The notes under the pieces were generated by a model. That model did no database searches. It saw only the letters and a program-made list of their open reading frames with translations, and was not told where the DNA came from. DNA of 64,000 nt from Lama glama (Eukaryota): assembly GCA_028534125.1 (NCBI GenBank), contig CM052816.1, positions 22,570,001 through 22,634,000 on the forward strand, in the 5' to 3' direction. Below are positions 1-11,540 of this stretch, piece by piece. Numbering within the stretch: the first letter of the stretch is position 1; each line of letters begins with the position of its first letter. A program made the position numbers and the translations under genes.

Positions 1-1619
1 ATCTCAGACTGCCAAGGTCAGGGAAAGACTGGCTGACTTTCTATTTGATAGGCATGATGCTCAGCAAATTAAATTATTTAATCTTCAAGCCCTGTGAGAT
101 AATCATTATCATTATCTCCATTTTATAGATGAGCAGACTGGTGCTTAGAGAGATTTGCCCCAAAATTTGCAGCTAGATTCTGGCAGAGCCAGCACAACTC
201 AACAATTGTCAGCTCTATTAGTAATTTATGTGGAATTGCTGTAGTTTAGTGTGGGGCGGATTAAAAAAAAAAAAGGACTTCAAGGTCAGAAAATGGCTTT
301 TGGGGATTAAAATCTTACCGTTATTACTAATATCTAGTACACAGTAAATACCTAAAACATTCATTTCCATTCTCTTTTCTATTCCTCCATTCTCTGTTGG
401 TGTACAAACCTAGGATGAGATGAGCAATAAAAAAAATTCACATATATTTGGAAGCCTCAGTCAAAATTCACATATATTTTGCCATAACGTAAACTGCAAA
501 TGAGATACGGAAATGAGAGGGAAAGCTGTGTTAAATATTAGCTTCAGATCGCTCACTTAGGAAAATCTAAGTTTACCCTACCTTTATCAGTGAGCAATTC
601 CCAGTAAGTTTGAATGCATTAACCTTCGAATAAGAGCACTTGTCAAAGTTTCTGGCTTATTGGAGGCATGTATCTAGTGTCTGCTGGTAATTTTCTCATG
701 CTTCAGAAACAGTGAAAACCAATGGAAGAAACACAGGCTTTAGAATGAAATAAAACAGAGCCGCAATCCTAGTTTCTTCCCTTACTAGCTACTCAACTCT
801 GTAAAAATTATTCAGTGGTGGGGGCTTCAGTTGCTTCATTGTATCTTCACAGAATTAAGTGACGATGAAGTCAGATACAACATGCAAAGCACCCCGCAGA
901 ATACTCAGTGCAGTGTAAGGAGTCAATAGCTCAGTAAGTGATTATTTTAATTTTAGTTGGCTTTTCTCATCTGTCAGATCATCATCTTGATCTTCTGTGA
1001 AGTCAAAGGGAAAGAGTTGAGATACACTTTTAAAGGGATATTGGTGCTGCAAAGAAGATTTCTTGATTGATTAATACAACAGTTTTATTACGGAATCACC
1101 CACTGCATTAGGTAATTCGTGTTTTTATTTCTGTAAGGCACCCTCGCATGCTTCGGTTCAATAACCACTTCCTGGGCATTGACTGGCCCTGACTACTGGG
1201 TTCTAGGGGTTTAGAATGCTACAAGTCACCCCTGCTTTCAAGGGAAGAGCTCCTGAGTAGTAAGGAGCTCAGATTAGTCATAAATTCCACGAGGACACAC
1301 GGAATCTTCTGCACCTTTGTGATTCCTATGGCACCTAGCACAATGCATGCACTGAGCTTAGGAATGTTGCTGAATTTAACTAAATTTTGCCAGGGTCCCA
1401 TTTCCTCAAAGCTTAAGTTCAAATTTCTCCCACAGTATCACATAGTCCTTCAACTGCGACATGCAAAGATGTCTGGAATAATTCCAGAGATTTTTTTTTT
1501 AATTTTGCTCATTTAAGCTAATGCCAGTCTTCCAGATTTAAATGTTCCATCCATGTATCTACAAATCCTATCATTTATTAAATCCTTTCATATCCTGGAG
1601 AATCCATCTTTGCATAGAC

Positions 1620-1974
1620 TAAATAATAATAATAATAAAAAAGAAAGCTTAAAAGCAGGAGGAGGTGGAGGAGGAAAGGAATTACAATAAGAAGATACAG
1701 AAAACAAATTCCTGGAAGAGTTATCAGTGAAGACATAATTATTATGCAGTAACAGCCGACAGCTAGCATTAGTCCAAGGAAGCTGTCTGTATTCTCTAAG
1801 AAGTTCAGACAATGTGGTATTCATTTATAAATTCTTGACAGCTCTTTAGATAAAGTGCATATAAAATTTTTGCAGCAATCCATTATCTGCCTGGCTGTAC
1901 TTTAATTTTAGAGTTAGAATATATTTGAAATAATTTTCCCAAGTCCTAAACATACTTCCTTTCAACTATATGAC
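1620..1974 (-). pseudogene. Exon 27 (terminal coding exon; 3' limit approximate)
   Basis: atcctgtaaatgtag | VI*LKGSMFRTWENYFKYILTLKLKYSQADNGLLQKFYMHFI*RAVKNL*MNTTLSELLREYRQLPWTNASCRLLLHNN, then in a shifted frame SSLITLPGICFLYLLIVIPFLLHLLLLLSFLF. Confidence 0.65.
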
Positions 1975-2141
1975 CTACATTTACAGGATCATTAAAAGGA
2001 AAATGAGTCAAAAAGTTCCTCTTTTCCTTCTTTGGTTCTTTGTTCTACCTATAGATCTTTGAACAGTGATTCTGGCTTGATCAATTGAATCTACGTAATT
2101 GTTTTGAAAAATACATTCAGCCCTCAGGAAGGAACGTTTAC

Positions 2142-2213
2142 CATCATCCTGCCCCAGCTGGGACTGTCTGAATGCGCTGAGAAATCCTGATGAGGAAATG
2201 GTGCAGACATGGA
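2142..2213 (-). pseudogene. Exon 26 (72 nt)
   Basis: ttcccttaattgtcag | SMSAPFPHQDFSAHSDSPSWGRMM | gtaaac; phase 0->0. Confidence 0.7.
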
Positions 2214-3092
2214 CTGACAATTAAGGGAAAGGTAACCAACAAAAGCACCCCAGTCGACAATACAAAGAGACAGTCCACATTAAAACTTCAAGGTTTTTCA
2301 AAGAACCAATAAACAGTTGAAATTGGCTTTTGGAACTTTCATGAGATGACCCCAGCCAGTGTGCTCAAGAGTAGACTGTCCACAGTCACCTCTTTACTAG
2401 CAGCCAGTGAATCAGTTTTATTCCCATCACCATCCCCCCAAATGCAAAAACAAACTTCACTGATCCTAGAATACCTGTAGGTTTTTTTTTAACCTCTACC
2501 CACTTATAAATCGTGTTCTCTGATGACAGTATGGTAGTTATCTCCTTTACATATGGATAAACTGCTATTTTGCTCGCAACTGACTAACTAAAATGGCTGA
2601 GCTGTTCTTCCAAAGTTGTTCTGACACAAGCAAGGAGCTCCATTACAAGGACAAGTTCCAGGAGGGTATTCTCAAATGCCATGAAATAGTAACTCAGGAT
2701 CAGATAATAACAAAAAAGATCAGGCTGCTGCAAACTATGAAGCAAGTCAGTAAGGACTCACCATTTCACTTTCTGGTTTTACTTGCCCTTCTGACCGAAT
2801 GAAAACTCTATCAGAAGGCAAAATGAAAACCAGTAGTGAGATAGCAGAATAGGGTCATCGTAAGTGCAACAACCATCAGGGGAGACTTCTTAAATTCAAC
2901 TAAACTTTCAGACTCACAAGACTATCACAGGCCTTCCTGACCTCAGCCGACTCTGGAAGACGCAGAAGGGAGCCTGCTTCCTGGCCGGTAAAGGCGGCGT
3001 CAGGCTTCTTCCCGAGGAGTCTAGGCAGCAGCTGATGCAGCCATCCACACAGCCACTCCGCCGCTCCTCCCTCTGCTCCCTCACCTCACCTC

Positions 3093-3581
3093 TGTATGGG
3101 GAAGACTGCGCTGGTCACTTGTGAAAAACAGCGAGGAAGATTTTATTCAAGACTACTGCAACAGGGGAGAGAGACTGAACACAACTCCCCTGAAGCAAAA
3201 GAGGAGATTTTCAAATACTGGGGTGAGCTAATGGGAAAGTCCTGGAGGATATTCACTGGAACGTTCCTCAATGTGGTTAGGCCAGCTCTTTTTGCTATTT
3301 GTCCCTTATTTCTTACTAAGGTTGGTCCTAGTAAGAGACTAGGGACAGGAGACCTATCTATCTTGATGATTACATTTCAAAGGGAGGACTCCTAGGTCCT
3401 TGAGAAAGATATTCTTGGATTGTAGAAGATTTACATTTCAAAGGGGGCAGAGAAAGACTTTACAATTCCAAGTTTTCTAAAGTTAATACTCTAAGAAAAG
3501 CGAGGTCAGGGGCCTACTGTCGGGAAGAAATCTGTCAAAAGTTTAGAAAAGCTGAGGAGAGTGTTAAGGCCATCTGGGTCA
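3093..3581 (-). mobile_element. ERV1-type solo LTR
   Basis: TG...CA termini, minus-strand poly(A) signal (ttttatt) near left end, resembles MER4-group LTRs from memory. Confidence 0.6.
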
Positions 3582-4349
3582 CCCTAGGCGATAGTTCAGG
3601 TGCAAAGGAATGGTTTTTACACTGGTTAAAAAGCCTCCTGCCCCATGGAATCCCAGACTTTTAGAGACACTTCCACAGGTCCTCACAAGAGTCATGTCAA
3701 ACTATGAGTCATCACATTCAGGGCGGTCCAGAGTATGGCCCCCTATTAGATCTTTATAGTTCTTTCAATTCAGATGCAATTTACCAATCCAGGGTCATTT
3801 TTTCCACAAGCAAAGCTTCCTAATAACACAGACGACATTTTATCCCTATCAGGTTTCCAAATGGGAAAACAACAGAAATTTAGCAGGGAGTCAAATTCTT
3901 ATGTGGAAGGGGAATGATTTTTGTTATCCTTCACTCTTAAAAGGTGTCATACTTGTACTTTACCGCTTTGCTTATTCTCCGAAACTCTCTCTCTAATCTT
4001 CCAAAAACATGCACATGTATGAAAACGTACATCATCGTGCACACGTAGCTACACATCCCATCTGTCATCCTGTCCTTCACCTTTCAAAGTTGGGTAAAAT
4101 TTCTTCCTAGTGAAAGCTCTTTTCAGTTTCACTATTTTGTAATTCTACTAAGTTCAATAAGTGTGTGACTCATGTTACTGGTTATGAACATATACTTAGT
4201 TCTCTCAGTATTCTAATTTTCTATTTCTTTTTCTTGGGTTTCAAATTCATTTATCCCACCTTGGAAAGCAAGCCCTGATGGACACACATATTTGTGTATT
4301 GATTTTAGACCTCGTCCATGCAATTTGTATTTATCCAGTTAGTACTCGC

Positions 4350-4476
4350 AATGGCCAGGCCCTCTCCTATGAATTAGGTAAATATATGCCCTTTCTGTCA
4401 TAGAGGTTGTCAGTTGGAATACAATGGATCTAATTTCTTTCCAACATAATTTGACAAAAATTGTTATGAAAGATAC
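4350..4476 (-). pseudogene. Exon 25 (127 nt; GC donor)
   Basis: ttttcaattttcacacccag | YLS*QFLSNYVGKKLDPLYSN*QPL*QKGHIFT*FIGEGLAI | gcgagt; phase 2->0. Confidence 0.7.
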
Positions 4477-5537
4477 CTGGGTGTGAAAATTGAAAATAAA
4501 AAATGAAAACCAAGGAAAAATACACCCAAATGTGTTAGATGTAAGGTTCAATATAATTGCTGTAACTGTACCTTAAATTTAATTGAGTCTCCTAGGAGTT
4601 AGCGTAAAAAAAGCAAATATGGTATCACAATGTACATTAAAAGATGCTGAAACAAAATAGTTTCTTTTTTCCTGAGGAAACAAAGTTTGGGTTAAACATT
4701 TTTTTTCCTGTTAATAAATCCTAAAATAAATTTCTTACCAGGAGTTTTACATAGGGAGTGTTGTTGCAAAAAATTAACTTAGCATACCTTTTATATAATA
4801 CTAACAGAAATTAAAACAAGATATCACTCAGTTATTTCTAAAACAATTTTGAATAAAAACTTGAGCAGTATATAAATGTACAAGTCAGTGAAAGTAACTC
4901 TATAAAGAGCTAAGTGGATATGGTCCTGATATACAGCTGCCTCATGTTTAAAGTGAGCCTAGACTGGGATCGAGAGCACCAAGAGGAGATGAATGGATCC
5001 TCCCCCAAAACCCTTTCCCAAACGGAATTCATTTCAGTTTTCAGATGAAAGCAGGCAATGGGATGCTGCATATGTTTCAATGATGTGATGAGGGCAATGG
5101 AGTTGCTTATTGCTGCTTGAGAGAAAATCTATATGTTTGGAGCTCAACAGAGTAGGTATTAAAGTTCACATGGCTTTTGTGATGCTAAGAAAAACCAACA
5201 ACAATTAGCTGGTGTTCTCTCACAGAGGAGATTTTCTTTTGGGAAAAGCACTGGGCCTGATTCAGTCCTTGATTAGCAAAGTGTTCAAACAAGTTCCCAG
5301 AGTCTAGCCTCATGGATCACGGGAGATGCTTGAACCAAGAAAGGTTTTCACGTGGGGTGCCACCAGTCACAGCCGCACAGATGGGGGCAAATGTCGATTG
5401 TTCCCCTTTGGTACATATTTCTCATCTCCGTGAATTCTGGTCCTGCGTGCCAGAATTAAGTAGCTATAAAATGCATACTCTGACTAGAAAACTAGTTCCC
5501 TTGCAAGGTAAAGTTATTCATTACTGGCTTCTCATAC

Positions 5538-5728
5538 TCTGAACAATACCCGCCACGGGAAATATTTCATTGTTTAACGCATGCTGTGGAATTCTTTGTG
5601 GCAGTAGCTGGACGGCAAGGTCAGTCATCTTTTGACTTCGCTCTTGGCTCATGAGAGTAAACAATACTGTGAGTACATAATGGTGACAGCCTCCTTCTTT
5701 ATGGATTGAGGGCATAAGACCAGTTCAT
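5538..5728 (-). pseudogene. Exon 24 (191 nt)
   Basis: tgatacttcttttag | MNWSYALNP*RRRLSPLCTHSIVYSHEPRAKSKDD*PCRPATATKNSTACVKQ*NISRGGYCS | gtatga; phase 0->2. Confidence 0.7.
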
Positions 5729-7185
5729 CTAAAAGAAGTATCAAGCGATAAAGTTCTCAGATGAAAGTAAAGGGTGAGAATAGTGCCAAGGATCAGTCCC
5801 CCTTGCCTTAATTCTTGTAGCATTATAAAAATACATAGTTTACAACATGCAATATCATGGTCTTATGTATTAAGGCCACAAATCTTGTCTGCTGGTTAAT
5901 CCCAGCAGAGCCAAACTGGGTGAAAAAAAAACTATCCTATTCCTTACACGAGCTACTCATTTGGAATACAAAGAAATCATTTTGCATTGAAACATAGATC
6001 ACAACCACTCAGAAGGAAAGCTGATTTTGTCTGGTGGACCTGGGAAAATAAATCAAGGAATAATGTGGAGGAAAAAAAAGACCTAGCTTAGTCACAGTTG
6101 ATCTCCTTCTACAGTGAATTTAATTTACTCAGCAAGGTAATTCTCAGTAACCCTTTGAAACAGCTACTTTCATCAAAATGCAGTTCTACGTTTTATTAAT
6201 TGAGTTACCTAACATATGCAGGATAATAAAAATTATTTATCTCTTAGGTAAAATTGAGGAAAAACACAACAGGATTTAAGAGTCTAGCCCAAATAAAAGA
6301 AGAGGCATTTTTACCTTCAGTTTTGTGGAGCTTCCATCAGTGAAGTTGTTGGATCTGCCTGATGTGATGTTCCAACCTCTAATTTTTTGAAAAGCCCTTA
6401 TCATGCAGTAGTCATCCTGCATTAAGTCAGCGCTGCACGTGAATAGGCACTCCTAGTGTACTCTAAACACGGAATTGTGGTTCATACCTTTCCCCACCAT
6501 TCTTCTCATCCTGATTAACAAACAGGAGAGAAACAAAAAGCATTTAGTAGCTTATTTGTGTATTTATTTGTTCTACAAATACTTGGTGAGTGTCTGCCAC
6601 ATTTCAGACACTGCCATTTCTAGGGATAAAGCAATGATTAAGACGGATATTCATCTTTGTCTACATGGAGCTTAGGATCTAGTGAAATAAAAGAAATCCT
6701 CAACCAGACATTCTCAGGGTGGTGAAGGCTACACACAGGGGAGGTCCAGGCACTCTGGGCACAGAAGGGCTCCTTGAGGAGGCTGAAATGAAGGTTGAGC
6801 TGAGACTTGAAGAATCAGTAGAAGTTTTGAAGTCATCTTATTCTGTAGTCTACATTTATGCGAAGAGACCTTATCGAAGAAAAAAATTCAATGGTTCTCT
6901 TTGTCAGTTTAGGCTTCTGAGTGTCCTGACCCATCCAGATGCCCTAGTGTAAACAATAAAGGAACAGGGTCACTGACTTCTTAGTCAGAGGTTTAGCTCT
7001 CCTGGGGGCTCGGAGCACTTGAAATATTTGTTTTCCCTCTAATCTTAACCTAGGCTTTTTATTTTTTTCTACAAAGAAGCTTAAAGTGTCACTTGTGGTT
7101 ATTGAGAACTTTTTACATCACCTCTTTCCTACAGCGTCTTTCTGCAAGGGAAGTCAACATAGGAATTCACACCTTCATTTCAGAA

Positions 7186-8024
7186 CAGCAGTTCTTCACC
7201 CAAGATACAGTTTAGGGAACTTCTAACTTGAATGAGAGAAAAATGACATCTTCACTTCAGCCTTAATTGTTCTTCTCTAACCTCTAAAAGGTAGCATTAT
7301 TTTCATTTTCAATACAGACAACAAACCACGGAAGTATCAGCAGTACCTGTGACTTTACAGACCAAGAGAAGCCAAAGATTCTTTGTATTATATAGAAACA
7401 GATACAATGTATAATGCTTTTTATCATTGTTACAGATCTTCAAAATTGTTTTTTTCCCACCACTGCTTAGAATGATAGCGGACAGATCACATGTGATCAT
7501 ACGTGACTGTGATCTTTCTACCTACAGCTGCTCATAATGCCCGGCTGGACAACTACACGGCACCTAGTAGTCATTCCATCATCAAATGGTAGCAAGTTTT
7601 TATACTGGTGACCCAGGCACCCACACTGAATTTTGGTATCATGTTTATCATTGTTTATTCACCAATACACAAACAAAGGTAGGTCATTCAAATGGTTTGA
7701 ATGGATAGTTCAAATGAGATTTCTTAATTCCCTGTAAAGATACATGTTTGTAATGTGGCACGAATGTGTAAACAGCCTTCACTCTGATGTAGCTTTTAAA
7801 AATAAAATTTAACTTTAACTTGTCTACATTTTAAATACACTATCTTATTATTTAATACATTAACAAAAATTCATTTTTAATATTTTATAATTGTACTATA
7901 ATGGGTTTCCTTTGTAATCTTAGGTGTATTATTCTTATTTTATGCATTTGAAAACATTTTTATGAGAGGGAATGTATAGGTCATACCAAACTGGCCAAGG
8001 AATAAAAAACATTAAGAATCTCTG
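7186..8024. mobile_element. hAT-Charlie-type DNA transposon relic
   Basis: Termini cagcagttctt / aagaatctctg (imperfect TIR); 8-bp flanks tttcagaa / ttttacaa. Confidence 0.55.
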
Positions 8025-8029
8025 TTTTA

Positions 8030-8583
8030 CAAACTAAATGTTCATCAAGAGATGAATGGATGAAGAAAATGTGGTATATATGTATAGGATGGAATACTAC
8101 CCAGCCATAAAAAAGAATAAAATAATGCCACCATTTGCAGCAACAAGGATGGACCTGGAGATTGTCACATGAAGTGAAGCAAGACAGAAAGAGGAAGAAA
8201 AATAACATATGATATCATTTATATGTGGAATCTTAAAAAATGACACAAATGAACTTATTTACAAAACAGAAATAGACTCACAGGCATAGAAGACTTACGG
8301 TTGCTGGGGGGAAGGAGAGGTGGAAGGAAAAATTAGGAGTTTGGGATTTGCAGACACTAACTATTATATATAAAGCAAATAAATAGCAAAGTCCTTCTGC
8401 ATAGCATAGAGAACTCTATACAATATCTTACAATAGCCTATTATGAAAAAGAATATGAAAAAGAATATATATATCTTTCTTTTATATATATATATATTTA
8501 TATATATATATAAAACTGAAACACTATGCTGTGCACCAGAAATTAACACAACATTGCAAACTGACTATACTTCAATTAAAAAA
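8030..8583 (+). mobile_element. L1 3' end (ORF2 tail + 3'UTR, cetartiodactyl type)
   Basis: gatgaatggatgaagaaaatgtggtatata...ccatttgcagcaaca...tatacttcaattaaaaa. Confidence 0.9.
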
Positions 8584-9012
8584 TACATTCCACCTGATAC
8601 AGAAATTAAGATAATTCAGAACAGCCTTAGACTTGCCCCTTATGCACATGGAAGCATAATAACCATTTATTTGGTAACATTTTAATTTGTTGAACCCAAT
8701 ATATTCATCCATTTAATTCAGCAAATATATGCTGAATCCTTCTAGGATCCAGACATTGTATTAGACACTGAAGATGCAGTAAAAGTGGGGAGATGAAACA
8801 ACATAGTCTGTGCCCTCATATTGCACAGTCAAGTGAGGGACATAGATCATTAAACAACTTATTACAAATCCAGGTAAGATTACTGTATAGGTTTCTATGG
8901 ATAGACATAAGAGTGAAATTTCCTGAGGAAGTGATATCTGATCAACTTCAGGAATAATGACTTTAAAAAAAGCTAATGTAATCTTGGGATGCATTAATAA
9001 AAACTGAATTTT

Positions 9013-9048
9013 ACACACACACACGCGCACACACACACACACACACAC
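9013..9048. repeat. (CA)n microsatellite, interrupted
   Basis: acacacacacgcgcacacacacac... Confidence 0.95.
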
Positions 9049-9262
9049 GAAGAATCCCTGCTTTAGAGCAACATTTCCCTGGTTACACTGCAATACCAGT
9101 GCTGAAAGTAGCCCTTCTGGAACTTCCAGAGGACAGCAACGGCCTTACACTGGTAAACCTTGGATGCTTATGTAAAGAATATGGTAAAGGTGACCTAAGT
9201 TCTCTACAATCATTTCTCTGCCATGCTGATACACAATCACTGGCTTGGGCTTTTAAAAAACA

Positions 9263-9900
9263 TTTTTACTGAAGTATAACACACACACAGAATAGGGTAC
9301 AAATCACAAAATATAAACTATCACAAAGGGAATGTACCATGGACTACCATCCAGGTCAAGAAATAGAACATTCCAGCACCCCAGAATTCCCCTATGTGCC
9401 CCTTCCCAGTCATTCATTCCTCCTCCTCCTCCAAGGTTACCACTCTCTTCACTTCTAATACCATGTTAGTTTTGCCTGTTAGTGAACCTTATATGAATGG
9501 AAACAGCTATAAGATTCAGCCATGTTTATGTGTATAGCTACTGTCCATTCATTCTTGTTGCAATACAGTATTCCATTGTATGACTATACCACATTTTATT
9601 CATCTGTTCTACTGCAGATGTACAACAGCATTGTTTCCAGTTTGGGGCCATTACAGAAAATGTTCTTATGAACATTATTGTCTATGTCTTTTGGCACATA
9701 TGAAAACTATTAATAAATGAGTATGCAAATAGTCAATTTTAGTAGTCATACAGTTTTCTAAAACTGTGATACCAATTTATATGACCACCAGCAATGGATG
9801 AAAGTTACAGTGGTTCCACATCTTCGTCAGTCTTGACAATACTTAGTGTCAATCCTATTATTTTCAGCTATTCTGAGGTATTATCTCATTGCTGTTTTAA
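9263..9900 (-). mobile_element. Old L1M 3' fragment
   Basis: ccatccaggtcaagaaatagaacattccagcaccccag...cagtattccattgtatgactataccaca. Confidence 0.75.
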
Positions 9901-11284
9901 GAATATCATGTGTATAAATTCTATGGCAGAAATTTACATACCAATTTTCTGAAGAACATGTTTCAATGTCAAACAATCGACGGAGACAAGAGACAAGTTT
10001 TTCTTTAAATATATGGTTGCTTAGTAAAAGCTCAGGTCATTTTTTGTTACATTTTGTGTAGCTGAAAAAAAGGAAAGTAAATCTCTGGGTTTCTATCAGC
10101 TACTCTCTGTAAGGGCTTAATGATAATCAAGATCACATGATGCCTGATTCCCAGGGTCTCACAGTCAGAAGGAGGAAGCAGACAAATGAATAGGTGTTAA
10201 TAAATCAGTGTGTTAAGAGCTGATGGAAGCACATAAGACATTACAGATTCTGTTTCAGGAGATCTGTAAATGGAGCTCTAAGCTTATGTCAAAGGATGAA
10301 GACACTCTAGACAGGTGAACAAGTGAGGATTGGGGAATTAAAGAGAACACTTACAAACAGGCCCATCACCACCACCCCTCTGACGGACGCAAGTGAAATA
10401 AAAAAGATGGAGCCTAGAGATAACTGAGGTACAGGTAAGGTCAAGAGTTCTAGAGAAGTGGTATGGGGAACACTGTTGGCAGCACAGTGGGAGGGACACT
10501 ATAAGACTGCTTAACACTTGTGCACACAGACACGTCACCTACCCATTCTTTCTGTACCCACATTATGCTGGGTATTGCTGGGTCCCCTGGTGCCACAGCC
10601 TAAAATGGATAAATGGCCCAGAGGGCCACAGACCTGTAGACACTCTGGAGCAGGTCACGAGGCAGGATGAAGAGGGTACTGCTTTCATCTGCCAAAAACC
10701 AACTTGAATGAGGACATCTCAGTGGATTCCAGTGGTTTTCTGACAATTCCAAGGAAAGGTCCTCCTCTCTCTCCCCTGTCCCACTAACTTTTACTTTAAC
10801 ATGTATAAACACCTGGAAAATTAGATATAACTTCAGGAAAAGAGGGGGTATTATCAAAACTGACTGAGATAAAGTTTCTGTCACTAGTGGACTGGGAGTT
10901 TAAATTAGAAGCTAATTTGTTATGGCAGAATAAAGAGCTACTTTTACCGTATACTAAGTTACGGGAGTAAGACTTGCATCTTCTACAGTTTTCTTCCTCA
11001 CAGTGCCTGGCCACCCATATGTGGAGTGGGTTAGATATTCTCAGGGCAGGTGTGGAAGAAGGACAATAGGAAACAGAGTGAGAGGATCTAGCAAAGAGTC
11101 CCGTTTGATGATAGTCCACAGAATCTAGACTTACTAGGAAATAAAGGAAAAACACAGAAGCTGACACGTCTGAGAAAAGCATGCAGCCAAGCTGCTCTTA
11201 GAGTTTAAGGGTCAGGAGGGATAGCCCTGAATGAAGGAGGTGGAAGGGAGGGAGGGAGGGAGGGATCGTCAAAGAAGAGAATGC

Positions 11285-11540
11285 TTATACTGTGGGAGTT
11301 AAAAGCTTGAACTTCAGGCAGACATTTTTGTTTTTAACCCTAGTTCTATCATTTACTTACTGTTTAACTTTGGACAACTTACTTAACTGTTTGAAGCCTC
11401 GATTTCCCTCTCATTAAAATGGGGGTCATTATAATATCTACCTCACAAGAGTTGAAATCAGAATTAAGTGAAATAATAAATCTAAAGGTGATAGCTCAGT
11501 GCCCTGGTACATGGTGCTTAATCCATGGCAGCTATTATAA
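11285..11540. mobile_element. MIR
   Basis: Core ttggacaacttacttaactgtttgaagcctcgatttccctctcattaaaatggggg. Further MIR fragments at about 85-190, 730-950, 13310-13540, 35000-35165 and 37415-37690. Confidence 0.8.

Noticed and set aside
433..479. 17-bp direct repeat aaaattcacatatattt separated by ~13 bp
   Set aside because: Only two copies; local micro-duplication, not a CRISPR-like array.
2160..2185. SAHSDSP resembling the M18/M28 metallopeptidase HxD motif
   Set aside because: No other peptidase motifs; near the C-terminus; likely coincidence.
4339..4551. Stop-free frame VSFITIFVKLCW... over exon 25 (similar open alternative frames at exons 5, 10 and 24)
   Set aside because: Incompatible with neighbouring exon phases and lacks the repeated motif. 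It remains a caveat on frame choice.
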